NCBI GenBank assembly: GCA_040390125.1 | Contig: JAZJYZ010000001.1 | Span: 668,210 to 732,209, forward strand | Direction: 5' to 3' | Source of the DNA: Patescibacteria group bacterium | GTDB lineage: Bacteria; Patescibacteriota; Minisyncoccia; Phycocordibacterales; Phycocordibacteraceae | DNA: 64,000 bases | Notes under the pieces: generated by a model | Seen by the model: the letters and a program-made list of their open reading frames with translations, nothing else | Told to the model about the DNA's origin: nothing | The model's database searches: none | Position numbers and translations under genes: made by a program | Shown here: positions 19,421 through 28,597 of the stretch, one piece after another | Position numbering within the stretch: the stretch's first letter is position 1 | Layout: each line of letters opens with the position of its first letter

Positions 19421-19621
19421 TTACTGGATGCCACCTGCCCGCTCGGTATGTACCCCCAAAAGATCTAGAATTTTTTGAAGCATCCGCCCACCATCGTTAT
19501 ACTTCCCCGCTTTATCAAAACGATAGAGTTGAATTTCGAGCCCAATTAATGAATCAGGCGGGTAACATCCATCAATATATTTTGAATAATCGGGACATGA
19601 GGGACCTGCATTTAAACGCAT
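19421..19621 (-). CDS. Hypothetical small ORF (66 aa), doubtful
   Basis: ORF-track only, no motif. Lies in a 630-bp region of low coding signal. Confidence 0.2.
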   Translation of the reverse strand: MRLNAGPSCPDYSKYIDGCYPPDSLIGLEIQLYRFDKAGKYNDGGRMLQKILDLLGVHTERAGGIQ

Positions 19622-19659
19622 ACGAGAAATCTATACTATAAAAACAAGGATTCAAATTT

Positions 19660-19860
19660 TCAAATTATCTGCCCTAATCCAAGGGCATGACATACTCCCC
19701 TTATACCTCCTCTTATTAAGACAATGCTCTCATGATCTTCGGTTGCGGTTGCGACTTTCAGATCTGTGAGAAGATTATCAAGATCCAGAAGAAGTGCCTT
19801 ACGTATATCATCCTCCAGAAACGCCGCCGACAATCTCTTCGTTTCATGCTGAACGACCAT
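19660..19860 (-). CDS. Hypothetical small ORF (66 aa), doubtful
   Basis: ORF-track only, no motif. Possibly a gene remnant together with 19421..19621. Confidence 0.2.
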   Translation of the reverse strand: MVVQHETKRLSAAFLEDDIRKALLLDLDNLLTDLKVATATEDHESIVLIRGGIRGVCHALGLGQII

Positions 19861-19966
19861 GCACTACTAATAAACCTAAAAAACTAATATGTCAAAGCTC
19901 ACAATGATTTCGTTACATTACTTGAAACCCCTAGCCCCCAAACACTAAACGCTATACACTGCCAAA

Positions 19967-21367
19967 ATGTCTTCCCCAACCTCCCTCATTATTTTCGGTG
20001 CCACGGGAGACCTTGCTACAAAGAAAGTTATTCCAGCTCTTTTCTACCTCTTTGAAAAAGAAAAGCTCCCCGCACACTTCAATATCATTGGCGTGTCGAG
20101 ACGTGCAATGTCCGAGACTGCGTTTCGTGAATCGATGGAAGAAGTAATATTAAAAAATGCTCGTGTACAAGTAGATCAGCGTGCTCTTGATAAATTTCTA
20201 GATCTTTTCACATTCAGCCAAGTAAAATTCGATGAAGAAAATGGATATCAAGAGCTTGCGGACGCCCTCGATACAAAAGACCACTCGCAAGGAAAAACAA
20301 ATCGCCTTCTCTATCTTGCTCTCCCACCAAAAACCTTACCGTCAATTTTTACGCACCCTGGTTTTCAAGCACTCGTGAAGCAAGGTGCTGTTGGAGGAAT
20401 GTTGCCGAGAGTCATTGTTGAAAAACCTTTTGGTGTCGACGCTTCGTCGGCTGAGGTACTCGAAAAAAGTCTCGCCACCTGCTTCACAGAAGAGCAGATA
20501 TATCGTGTTGACCATTACCTAGCAAAAGATCTTTTGCAAAGCGTCATTGATTTTCGCTTCGACAACAACCTGCTTGAACACGAATGGAACAACCAATCCA
20601 TAGCATCAATACGAGTACGCCTCTTCGAGACCTTGGGTGTAGAAAACCGAGGCTGGTTTTATGACCACACGGGGGCACTCCGAGACGTAGGACAAAACCA
20701 CATGCTCGAAATGCTCGCGCTCATTACGATGGAAAAACCCGAAAGCTTTGAAGATGAACACCTGCGACTTAAACGTCTAGAGATACTCCGTGCACTCAAA
20801 ACACCAACTGATGACACCGCAACTCAAACAACATTCCGAGCACAACACGCTGGCTATCAATCCATTGAAGGTGTGGAGCCTGATTCAACAACTGAAACAT
20901 TTTTCAGTATACAAACTGAACTCGACCTTCCTCGCTGGCAGGGCGTTCCAATATACCTAGAAGCAGGAAAGCGAATGCATGAGAGTAGAAAAGAGGTCAT
21001 CATTTCCTTCAAAGCCCCGTATAAAAACAACGTCATATTCAGACTGGACCCGCAAGAGGAAATAGTAATTGAATTTCTTACGAAAAAACCAGGCATCCTT
21101 GAGAGCGGTATTGAGAAACGTGCATTCACATTCAAACTCCACGAAACTCCGTCCACTACTCAAAACATCGCCGAGTACGCAAAGATGATGCTGGACGCCG
21201 TTTCTGGAGATCAAAAGCTTTTCGTGAGTGCAGACGAAGTACGTGCGACGTGGAAATTTACGGACGCAATACGGGCACTCTGGGAAAAAAACCTCGTCCC
21301 CCTTGCCTCGTATGCACCAGACACTGACGAAGCAGTTGTTCAAGCGAATGCTATTATTCTGAAATAA
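19967..21367 (+). CDS. zwf: Glucose-6-phosphate 1-dehydrogenase
   Basis: IIFGATGDLATKKVIPALF NADP-binding region, EKPFG and RVDHYLAKD active-site motifs. Confidence 0.93.
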   Translation: MSSPTSLIIFGATGDLATKKVIPALFYLFEKEKLPAHFNIIGVSRRAMSETAFRESMEEVILKNARVQVDQRALDKFLDLFTFSQVKFDEENGYQELADALDTKDHSQGKTNRLLYLALPPKTLPSIFTHPGFQALVKQGAVGGMLPRVIVEKPFGVDASSAEVLEKSLATCFTEEQIYRVDHYLAKDLLQSVIDFRFDNNLLEHEWNNQSIASIRVRLFETLGVENRGWFYDHTGALRDVGQNHMLEMLALITMEKPESFEDEHLRLKRLEILRALKTPTDDTATQTTFRAQHAGYQSIEGVEPDSTTETFFSIQTELDLPRWQGVPIYLEAGKRMHESRKEVIISFKAPYKNNVIFRLDPQEEIVIEFLTKKPGILESGIEKRAFTFKLHETPSTTQNIAEYAKMMLDAVSGDQKLFVSADEVRATWKFTDAIRALWEKNLVPLASYAPDTDEAVVQANAIILK

Positions 21368-21378
21368 TTTTGAACGGA

Positions 21379-22317
21379 ATGAAAAAAGAAATCGCTATAG
21401 TGGGATTGGGAAAAATGGGTAGCGCAATGGCTCGCCGGATGATGGAGAAAGGTTGGAAGGTTGTTGGCCTTGACCGCTCTTTGGAAACTCTTGAGACAAT
21501 GAAAGCCGAAGGAGTTGTAACGGTTTCTTCGTACAGCGAAATGGCAGCAGCTCTTACCGCCCCGAGAATCGTCTGGCTCTTTTTGCCTCCTCAGAAAAAC
21601 CTCGAAGAGGAACGCATCGTCGATCAAGAACTTTTTAATCCGGACGGGATCGTAAGTACTCTTGTAGCGGAGGACATTGTTATTGACGGCGGAAATTCCT
21701 TTTTCAAAGAAGCTGCACCGCGTGCTGAAAAACTCAAAGCGAAAGGTATTAATTTCATCGATGCAGGAACCTCAGGAGGACCTGCGGGTGCACGTAGCGG
21801 TGCATGCCTCATGATTGGAGGTGAAAGAAAAACTTTTGAATCAATAGAAGAACTCTTCAAAGATTTTGCACTCGAAGATGGTTATCGTTTCTTTGACGGT
21901 CATGGTGCAGGGCACTTTGTGAAAATGGTTCATAACGGCATTGAGTACGGAATGATGCAAACAATTGCCGAAGGGTTCGAATTACTAAAGAAGTCCGACT
22001 ACGCTCTTGATCTAGAGCGGGTTACCGACATCTATAATAATGGCTCCGTCATAGAATCCAGGCTCGTGGGATGGCTCGGTAACGCCTTCAAAGAAAGTAG
22101 CCAAAATTTGGATGGTATTTCATCAACCGTCCAGCATAATGGTGAAGGCGAATGGACAATACAAGCGGCAAAAGAAGCGGGAGTTGATGTGCACACGATT
22201 GAACACGCACTCCAGTTTCGTCTTGAATCAGAAAAGAACCCACGCTTCGCAGGTAAGGTGCTATCGGCAATGCGAAAGCAATTTGGTGGTCACAACGTTA
22301 AAGAAAAGCCCGAATAG
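21379..22317 (+). CDS. gnd: 6-phosphogluconate dehydrogenase (decarboxylating), short ~310-aa form
   Basis: IAIVGLGKMGSAMARRM Rossmann motif, DGGNSFF and VKMVHNGIEYGMMQ. The ATG at 21379 is preferred over the TTG at 21370. Confidence 0.88.
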   Translation: MKKEIAIVGLGKMGSAMARRMMEKGWKVVGLDRSLETLETMKAEGVVTVSSYSEMAAALTAPRIVWLFLPPQKNLEEERIVDQELFNPDGIVSTLVAEDIVIDGGNSFFKEAAPRAEKLKAKGINFIDAGTSGGPAGARSGACLMIGGERKTFESIEELFKDFALEDGYRFFDGHGAGHFVKMVHNGIEYGMMQTIAEGFELLKKSDYALDLERVTDIYNNGSVIESRLVGWLGNAFKESSQNLDGISSTVQHNGEGEWTIQAAKEAGVDVHTIEHALQFRLESEKNPRFAGKVLSAMRKQFGGHNVKEKPE

Positions 22318-22327
22318 TCGGGCTTTT
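22306..22327 (+). terminator. Intrinsic terminator of zwf-gnd overlapping the gnd stop codon
   Basis: agcccga-ata-gtcgggc hairpin followed by tttt. Confidence 0.55.
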
Positions 22328-22359
22328 CTAGTTCAGAGTTCTTAGTTCCTAGTCTTGAG
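22328..22359. repeat. Intergenic copy (left-arm type) of the gagttct mini-element between gnd and rpsP
   Basis: ctagttcagagttcttagttcctagtcttgagtt, the same 7-mers as the dnaG and trmD insertions. Confidence 0.7.
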
Positions 22360-22776
22360 TTATGCGGAAACTTCTTCTGAGGTAGTCTCTTCTGCAACCA
22401 CTTCTTCCGCAACAACCTCTGGTTCAGAAGCGACTTCGGCTGCCGGTTCACTTTTTGATCCCTTCGGATCCGACGAAGCGTCGCCTGCTTCACTTTTTAC
22501 TATCGGAGTCTTCTTTCCGAGCACATTCACCTTCTTACCCTCTATGACCTTATTCGTTATGAGGAGGTTATTGACGGTTCCTGAGAGCTGAGCGCCCATA
22601 GAAATCCAGTGCTTTACTCGTTCAGCGTTAATAACAGTGTGTTTGGTCTTTGGATTGTAGGAGCCGAGGACTTGGAGCGGGTGCCCAGCCTTAGGACTTC
22701 TCTGTTTCTCGAGAACGACTATACGAAATGCCGGATTATTCTTCCGTCCCGTGCGTTGAAATCTGATTGTAAGCAT
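22360..22776 (-). CDS. rpsP: 30S ribosomal protein S16 with acidic C-terminal extension
   Basis: MLTIRFQRTGRKNNPAFRIVVLEKQRSPK...LGSYNP is typical of S16. The C-terminal 45 aa is E/V/A-rich. Confidence 0.9.
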   Translation of the reverse strand: MLTIRFQRTGRKNNPAFRIVVLEKQRSPKAGHPLQVLGSYNPKTKHTVINAERVKHWISMGAQLSGTVNNLLITNKVIEGKKVNVLGKKTPIVKSEAGDASSDPKGSKSEPAAEVASEPEVVAEEVVAEETTSEEVSA

Positions 22777-23037
22777 GCGATGAACTCTAACAGAAAGAGC
22801 TTAAAAGGTCAAAAGAGGATTAGCCTCTGGGACGAAACATGTGCCGAAGGGTTAGAAAATGTTCCGGAGAGAAGGGTCCTCCTGAGCATAAAGAACAGGG
22901 GTATTTCAATAAATTTCCACGACTATCCACGCGAGGAAGATCACTTAAGAAGTTTTCTCGGTCTATGCCTTCTCCAGCCATATCTTTACAGTAACTTATA
23001 TTATCATTTTGTCAATCTCCATGGTACACTGACTTGA

Positions 23038-24978
23038 ATGAAGAACGGTAATAAAGAAAAGTCACCGAGTGGCTCCTCTGAGCCCTCAAAGAAAGGGGCT
23101 CGTATTAAGACAGTCATAAGCATCACCCGAAGCGGAAAGGGGTTTTTACTTGACCCTGACGGAGATGCGGTTGTCTATCGTGAAAACCTAGGCAGTGCCC
23201 TTTCGGGCGACGTAGTGGAAGCACTCGTGACAATGCGTGGGAAGGTAAAGGTGGGTCGTGTACTTAAAGTCCTAGAGCGAAAAACTAGTTCGTTCGTCGG
23301 AGAAATAGTAAGAACACCCCAAGGAATGATGCTCCGCCCCGACGACGGACGGGTCTATTTTGACTTCAAAATCACTGGGAGCTCTGGTGCACCAGAAGGA
23401 CACAAGGCAATTATTGATGTTCTGGACTGGAATACCCCAACCCCCGAAGGAAAGATTAGGAGCATCATTGGACGTGCCGGTGAACATGAGACGGAAATTC
23501 ATGCCATCATCCTTTCAAAAGGATTCGAGGGCGACTTCCCTGCCGATGTCCTCAAGGAGGCTGGGGATCTCTACAAAGATGCATGGAATGAGGACGAAAT
23601 AAAAACCCGCCGTGACTTCCGTGACACCCTTACTTTCACCATTGACCCTGACACTGCGAAAGACTTCGATGATGCCATTTCATACAAAGCGCTTCCTGAT
23701 GGAAGTATGGAAGTAGGTATTCACATTGCAGACGTCACGCACTTCGTTCGTCCAGGAACATCACTTGATCGTGAAGCATACAAGCGTGCAACGAGCGTAT
23801 ACATGGTTGATAGAACGGTGCCCATGCTTCCGCCACAACTTTCAGAAGATTTGTGTAGTTTGAAACCCAATGTTGATAGGCTCGCATTCTCCGCAGTGTT
23901 TACCGTGAAAGACAATCAGGTAAAAGAGCGTTGGTTTGGACGCACTATCATTCGCTCACAAAAACGCTTCACTTACGATGATGCCGATGTCTCTCTTAAA
24001 GATGCAACAGCACCACTCCACTCAGAAATAAACGTCCTATGGAAATTCGCTGAAACTTTGAAGCGAGAACGGAGAGAAAAAGGTGCCATTATGTTTGGCT
24101 CTGAAGAAATAAAGCCTGTTTTGGATGAGAGCGGAAAAGTAACTGGTTTCAAAAAAACTCTCTACACAGAATCACATCAACTCATTGAAGAGTTAATGCT
24201 CCTCGCTAACCGTGAAGTGGCTACATTTGTTTCTGAGAAATTAGGCAAGAAAAATCGCCTCTTCGTGTACCGCATCCACGACGTGCCGAACGCAGAAAAA
24301 CTAGACGAGCTTGCGGTGTTTTTGCGTGCCATAGGGCACCAACTCACGCTCAACAAAAAAGGAGCTGTCGGGCAAGATATCAACAAACTTCTGAAAGACA
24401 TCGAGGGGGAACCTGAAGAGCGTCTCATTAAAACAGCAACCATCCGCTCAATGGCAAAGGCGGTTTACACAACAAAGAACATCGGGCACTACGGCCTTGC
24501 GTTCGAGAATTACGCCCACTTCACCTCCCCAATACGCCGTTATCCCGACACGATGGTACACCGAACACTCGCCACCGTCCTTTCAGGAAAGAAAGTTACC
24601 GATGACCCGGAAGAGCAAGAGCGCCGAGCAATTCATGCATCTGAGCGAGAAGTAGCGGCCGCTGAAGCCGAACGTGCGAGCGTGAAAATGAAGCAAGTTG
24701 AGTACTTTGCAAACTTCATCGGAGCCGAGCGAGACGGCGTTGTTTCCGGCGTTACCGAGTGGGGTATCTACGTGAGCGACAACGAAACCTCTGCCGACGG
24801 CATGGTGCGTCTCACCTCTCTCACCGACGACACGTACGAATTCGATAAGAAGAAATACGCAGCCATAGGCCAGCGAACAAAGCGAGTAATTCGCCTCGGT
24901 GACCCCGTTCGCTTCATCGTTGAACGTGCCGACCTCGAGGAGCGTACTCTCGATTTCAAGCTCATCCAGCCCGACTAA
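23038..24978 (+). CDS. rnr: Ribonuclease R (RNB-family 3'-5' exoribonuclease)
   Basis: RNB catalytic region FTIDPDTAKDFDDAIS...HIADVTHFV, a cold-shock-like N-terminus and a C-terminal S1 domain. Confidence 0.9.
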   Translation: MKNGNKEKSPSGSSEPSKKGARIKTVISITRSGKGFLLDPDGDAVVYRENLGSALSGDVVEALVTMRGKVKVGRVLKVLERKTSSFVGEIVRTPQGMMLRPDDGRVYFDFKITGSSGAPEGHKAIIDVLDWNTPTPEGKIRSIIGRAGEHETEIHAIILSKGFEGDFPADVLKEAGDLYKDAWNEDEIKTRRDFRDTLTFTIDPDTAKDFDDAISYKALPDGSMEVGIHIADVTHFVRPGTSLDREAYKRATSVYMVDRTVPMLPPQLSEDLCSLKPNVDRLAFSAVFTVKDNQVKERWFGRTIIRSQKRFTYDDADVSLKDATAPLHSEINVLWKFAETLKRERREKGAIMFGSEEIKPVLDESGKVTGFKKTLYTESHQLIEELMLLANREVATFVSEKLGKKNRLFVYRIHDVPNAEKLDELAVFLRAIGHQLTLNKKGAVGQDINKLLKDIEGEPEERLIKTATIRSMAKAVYTTKNIGHYGLAFENYAHFTSPIRRYPDTMVHRTLATVLSGKKVTDDPEEQERRAIHASEREVAAAEAERASVKMKQVEYFANFIGAERDGVVSGVTEWGIYVSDNETSADGMVRLTSLTDDTYEFDKKKYAAIGQRTKRVIRLGDPVRFIVERADLEERTLDFKLIQPD

Positions 24979-25002
24979 TACCTTCATACAGAGATTTTCT
25001 CC

Positions 25003-25026
25003 TGTGCAACCTCCGGAGGTTGCACA
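25003..25026. repeat. 24-bp perfect palindrome tgtgcaacctccggaggttgcaca (TGTGC-N14-GCACA family) at the rnr 3' end
   Basis: Exact reverse-complement symmetry. A second identical copy is at 40229. The related copies 31836 and 40451 share the ends and the central ccgg. Confidence 0.85.
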
Positions 25027-25110
25027 GCTACTTACGAAGTGCATCTTGGCAAATTTTTCTGCATCAGAATCCAACGACCAAATTCTTTTTGATTCTGCTC
25101 TTTCAATTTC

Positions 25111-25536
25111 TTATATCCGAGCTTTATATAGAAATCCACTGCACCAAAGACTGGCTTCCAAATGCATACTCCTCACCTTTTGTGCACCTGCAACCTGCTC
25201 AAGGTGCCCTACGGTCCGTGCGCCTAATCCCTGTCCCTGGTATGCGGGCATGACATAGAGCGTTTGCAATATACCGCATCCGAAAAATCTCTTCTTATAA
25301 GAACCAGTAGCGACAATGTCATTTCCTTCAGTAAGAACAACAGAGTGGCGAGTGCGTGAAAGCACCGCAAGATGTTTAGGGGTAATGTGCGCAACTAAAT
25401 GATCAATAACTCGTTTCGGGTAATGTTTTATATTGACCTCAATAAGAGTTTTTTTGATTAGGTCAGAAACTTCTTCAGCGTCAGATTCATGAAATCGACG
25501 CAGAGAAATTGTTGGTTTTTCTAATTTTTTTTCCAT
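25111..25536 (-). CDS. GNAT-family N-acetyltransferase
   Basis: Acetyl-CoA motif QGQGLGARTVGHLEQVA. The ATG at 25536 (MEKKLEKP) is preferred. Its leader is duplicated in front of the next gene. Confidence 0.75.
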   Translation of the reverse strand: MEKKLEKPTISLRRFHESDAEEVSDLIKKTLIEVNIKHYPKRVIDHLVAHITPKHLAVLSRTRHSVVLTEGNDIVATGSYKKRFFGCGILQTLYVMPAYQGQGLGARTVGHLEQVAGAQKVRSMHLEASLWCSGFLYKARI

Positions 25537-25584
25537 AGAGAAAAAGCTAAATTTTTTAAATACTATCTGCCAAACTCTACACAA

Positions 25585-25794
25585 CTAATAACAAGATCTG
25601 TGTTCCTGACATCGGTACTGCACCTCATCCCAGGTGCGAGGAAACGAGTAAATAGCAGGTTGCCTGCAATTACCGAAATTACACGTATTCCCTTCCGGAC
25701 TGTATGGTCCACCAATCTTAAATAAGGCTTCGAAGTCTGCATCTCGTTTTCTCTGCATCCGGCGAGCGAATGCGTTTTCTTTATTTTCTCCCAT
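25585..25794 (-). CDS. Small Cys-rich hypothetical protein (69 aa)
   Basis: MGENKENAF... contains CNFGNC and CQEHRSC. Preceded by the same ~27-nt leader as the GNAT gene. Confidence 0.4.
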   Translation of the reverse strand: MGENKENAFARRMQRKRDADFEALFKIGGPYSPEGNTCNFGNCRQPAIYSFPRTWDEVQYRCQEHRSCY

Positions 25795-25851
25795 AGCAAA
25801 AAGCTTAAATTTTTTAAGAGAGCTATTCATATATATAAAAAGTTGAGCGCA

Positions 25852-26169
25852 CTACAGCGCCCAACGATTCACCAAAACAAAAAGCGTTTGAATATCAAGA
25901 CCGCTGTTCCCAAGAACGATGCGGGACAGGCTTCCAGCTTTTATGCTTTGGACAGGTCGGATCATGTTGTCTTCTTTTGACTGAACGAGTTCTGGTAAGA
26001 GAGACTCGTACCCACGCACACGTGCAGGCTTTTTCAGATGAATTATAGGCTTCAGGCATAGGAAAAATTTAGTTTTCATAAGGAGAGCTATTCGGGAATA
26101 TGAAAATGTGTCAGCGCATACTGCGCCAAAATACGGAACTACATACAAAAAATTAATTGGAAAGCTCAT
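25852..26169 (-). CDS. Hypothetical protein (105 aa from ATG 26169; the GTG-extended ORF reaches 26232)
   Basis: ORF-track only, no motif. The ATG start avoids overlap with the upstream ORF. Confidence 0.35.
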   Translation of the reverse strand: MSFPINFLYVVPYFGAVCADTFSYSRIALLMKTKFFLCLKPIIHLKKPARVRGYESLLPELVQSKEDNMIRPVQSIKAGSLSRIVLGNSGLDIQTLFVLVNRWAL

Positions 26170-26176
26170 ATTTTTC

Positions 26177-26392
26177 TCAAGTACGATATATGATTCTTCG
26201 AAATCGTGGTATTTCTTCCCTGTGTACTTCACCTAGAGAGCAACCACAGTCTCTGCAATATCCTTTGAATACCTTTCTACCGTTTTTAGCTGTTTCTACT
26301 TCACGGTACACTCCGTGATGTTTTTTCTGCTCTGCTTCAAGACCAGAACATAGTGGAGCACTGACTGACTCAGGACTGAATAGTGATGACAT
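26177..26392 (-). CDS. Small Cys-rich hypothetical protein (71 aa); C-terminal part of a TAA-split ORF
   Basis: CRDCGC motif. An in-frame 43-aa ORF (26402..26533) ends at a TAA four codons upstream of this gene's ATG. Confidence 0.4.
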   Translation of the reverse strand: MSSLFSPESVSAPLCSGLEAEQKKHHGVYREVETAKNGRKVFKGYCRDCGCSLGEVHREEIPRFRRIIYRT

Positions 26393-26401
26393 ACAAATGA
26401 A

Positions 26402-26533
26402 TTACCAACCAAACCTGTGCTCGGCTTTGCACTCAGGTTTTATAATTCGGAAACCCCACTCATCAAACTCGCTACATATGCAACGCTCGCGAGGCTTCAG
26501 TGGCTCCCATATTGCTATAGATTCGATAGACAT
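26402..26533 (-). CDS. 43-aa Cys-containing ORF in frame with 26177..26392, separated from it by a single TAA
   Basis: MSIESIAIWEPLKPRERCICSEFDEWGFRIIKPECKAEHRFGW then stop. Below the ORF-track cutoff. Either an independent micro-gene or the N-terminal part of an interrupted gene. Confidence 0.3.
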   Translation of the reverse strand: MSIESIAIWEPLKPRERCICSEFDEWGFRIIKPECKAEHRFGW

Positions 26534-26593
26534 AGAGAAAAAACATTAATTGCATAAGGGATTCTTCTTGCTTTGTTTGGTAAGTTCTTAAAC

Positions 26594-26869
26594 TTACCTT
26601 CTTTCGTGCGTAGGGCAATCCCAATGAGGTTTACGTACACCTTTGACTGTTTTACAGAAGCAGGGCTGTCCAATGCCAGCGTCTCGATTTACTTTTGGGA
26701 TTCGAATCGTTCCACCAAAGAGCATTCTCGTCATGTAGCGTAAATTGAATTCTGCCACTTCAGGAGCGATAGCTCGCAAGCGAGCGAGATCCGCTTGAAT
26801 TCTTCGACGTAAGATGTCGGATTCGTTGCTACGCCAATTATATTTGGGATCTGTTGGTTCAAATGCCAT
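26594..26869 (-). CDS. Hypothetical protein (91 aa) with C-terminal CxC...HWDCPTH motif
   Basis: ATG start. Possible zinc-binding motif CFCKTVKGVRKPHWDCPTHERR. Confidence 0.4.
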   Translation of the reverse strand: MAFEPTDPKYNWRSNESDILRRRIQADLARLRAIAPEVAEFNLRYMTRMLFGGTIRIPKVNRDAGIGQPCFCKTVKGVRKPHWDCPTHERR

Positions 26870-27063
26870 AGGAAAAAATTAGATTGGTGGTAAAAGAGAC
26901 TATTACTGTTATGTGAAAATTTCTGGGCTTATGCCCAGAAATAAAAACCGAAGAAATAGAAAGCGACAGCACTGATGATGCCAGTTGGCTTGAGGTCAAT
27001 GGCTATCGCTTTAGTCATTACTACGCATGGTATCAAAAATACCCTACGTGTCAATTAACAAAG

Positions 27064-27258
27064 CTAGCGTAGATGAGGAGGTATTTCCTTAGCCTCTCTA
27101 TTTCGGATAACTGACAATGCTCTTCTTCGTGCGCCCGCTATCGACTCTCCACCACGTCTAGTAATTCTTACAATGTGCTTTGCTCGTGCTTTACGTCTTT
27201 GATCTGGGGTTAAATCTGCTGGTACTCCTCCCAATGAAACTCCTTCAAAGTTTGCCAT
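27064..27258 (-). CDS. Small basic hypothetical protein (64 aa)
   Basis: ATG ORF MANFEGVSLGG..., Arg-rich (RRKARAKHIVRITRRGG). No recognised family. Confidence 0.35.
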   Translation of the reverse strand: MANFEGVSLGGVPADLTPDQRRKARAKHIVRITRRGGESIAGARRRALSVIRNREAKEIPPHLR

Positions 27259-27319
27259 ATGAATATTCGATTATCAGTAACCTAAGCAGTATAAAGAAAA
27301 ACCATCTTCAACACAAAGT

Positions 27320-28594
27320 TCAAAGTGTTCCCCTATCACGACGTGCCTGAAGAATGCGATCGGCACCTAAAACGAATGCGGAAACACGGTACGGTACGCC
27401 ATGCTCGGTAGCAATTCTCGACACATTCCCCCACGCCTCATGCATATACTCTTTCAGTAAATCATTCACTTCGTCACGCTTCATTGCACGACCAGTTTTT
27501 CCTTGCATCCATTCAAAGTACGAAACAGTCACACCACCAGCGTTTGCAAGCACATCAGGGATAACAGGGATACTTCGCTTTTCAAGTTCCACATCCCCCT
27601 CTGCAGTCGTAGGGCCATTCGCAAGTTCAAGAACGACTTTTGCTTTCACACCCTCTGCCACCTCTTTTGTGAGAACACCGTCAAGCGCCGCTGGGACAAG
27701 AATATCGGCGTCCATTACGAGTACGGCGTTCGGCTCACCTAATGTCACACCCTCCGCTCGAAGCTTGCTCTCATCGCATACCGAGCCCTTGCAATACACA
27801 TCCTGCACCGACTGTCGTTGGCTCTTAATGTGAATGAACACATTAGGGTCAAGACCCTTCTCACTCATTACTGCACCTTTTGAGTCGGCAATGCCGACGA
27901 TTTTGTATCCACGCTCGTGAAGCAGGCTCGCAATGGTAGCTCCTGCGTTTCCAAAGCCATGAATGGCAACACGAAGACCTTTAGGATTCATCTGCTTTTC
28001 TTTGAGATACGCTTCAAGGGTAAATACTCCACCCATGGCAGTTGCGGTGTCTCTCCCTGGCAAACCCCCAAGAGAAATAGGTTTCCCCGTGAATGTAGCG
28101 GGAGCACTTTTGCCAATAATTTTTTCATACTCATCGAGCATCACTCCCATGATTTCACCGTTCGTATACACATCAGGTGCTGGAACGTCGGTATCGGGCC
28201 CTAGATGCTCATGCATTGAACGAACAAACGCACGAGACACTCCATGAATCTCCTCTTTGGAGGCTGATTTTGGATTAAACATCACACCTCCCTTTCCTCC
28301 ACCAAGTGGAATATCAACAACAGCACATTTAATTGCCATCATTGCTGCTAAAGACTTCACTTCATCCAAGTCAGCATCTGGATGAAAGCGAATACCGCCC
28401 TTGTAGGGGCCACGTGCGTTTGAAAACTGAACACGGTACGCAGGGAGTTCAACTGCAACTCCCCCTACTGTAACTGAAAGCTTTTTTTCAATGACACGGT
28501 CAGGCTCCAAAAGCACCTTTGCTTCCTCGGCAGAGAGCTTGAGAAGCTCCGTAATTCGTTTTACATGCGAGCGATATTGATCGAATGCGTTCAT
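27320..28594 (-). CDS. gdhA: Glutamate dehydrogenase (Glu/Leu/Phe/Val dehydrogenase family)
   Basis: KGGIRFHPDADLDEVKSLAAMMAIKCAVVDIPLGGGKGG catalytic region and GFGNAGATIASLLHERG Rossmann motif. Confidence 0.93.
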   Translation of the reverse strand: MNAFDQYRSHVKRITELLKLSAEEAKVLLEPDRVIEKKLSVTVGGVAVELPAYRVQFSNARGPYKGGIRFHPDADLDEVKSLAAMMAIKCAVVDIPLGGGKGGVMFNPKSASKEEIHGVSRAFVRSMHEHLGPDTDVPAPDVYTNGEIMGVMLDEYEKIIGKSAPATFTGKPISLGGLPGRDTATAMGGVFTLEAYLKEKQMNPKGLRVAIHGFGNAGATIASLLHERGYKIVGIADSKGAVMSEKGLDPNVFIHIKSQRQSVQDVYCKGSVCDESKLRAEGVTLGEPNAVLVMDADILVPAALDGVLTKEVAEGVKAKVVLELANGPTTAEGDVELEKRSIPVIPDVLANAGGVTVSYFEWMQGKTGRAMKRDEVNDLLKEYMHEAWGNVSRIATEHGVPYRVSAFVLGADRILQARRDRGTL

Positions 28595-28597
28595 GAT

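Noticed and set aside
24583-25074. ORFs 24583..25074 (-) and 40205..40444 (+) both containing CATSGGCT
   Set aside because: The shared peptide is just the translation of the 24-bp palindrome tgtgcaacctccggaggttgcaca. One is antisense to rnr, and the other covers the intergenic hairpins after thrS.
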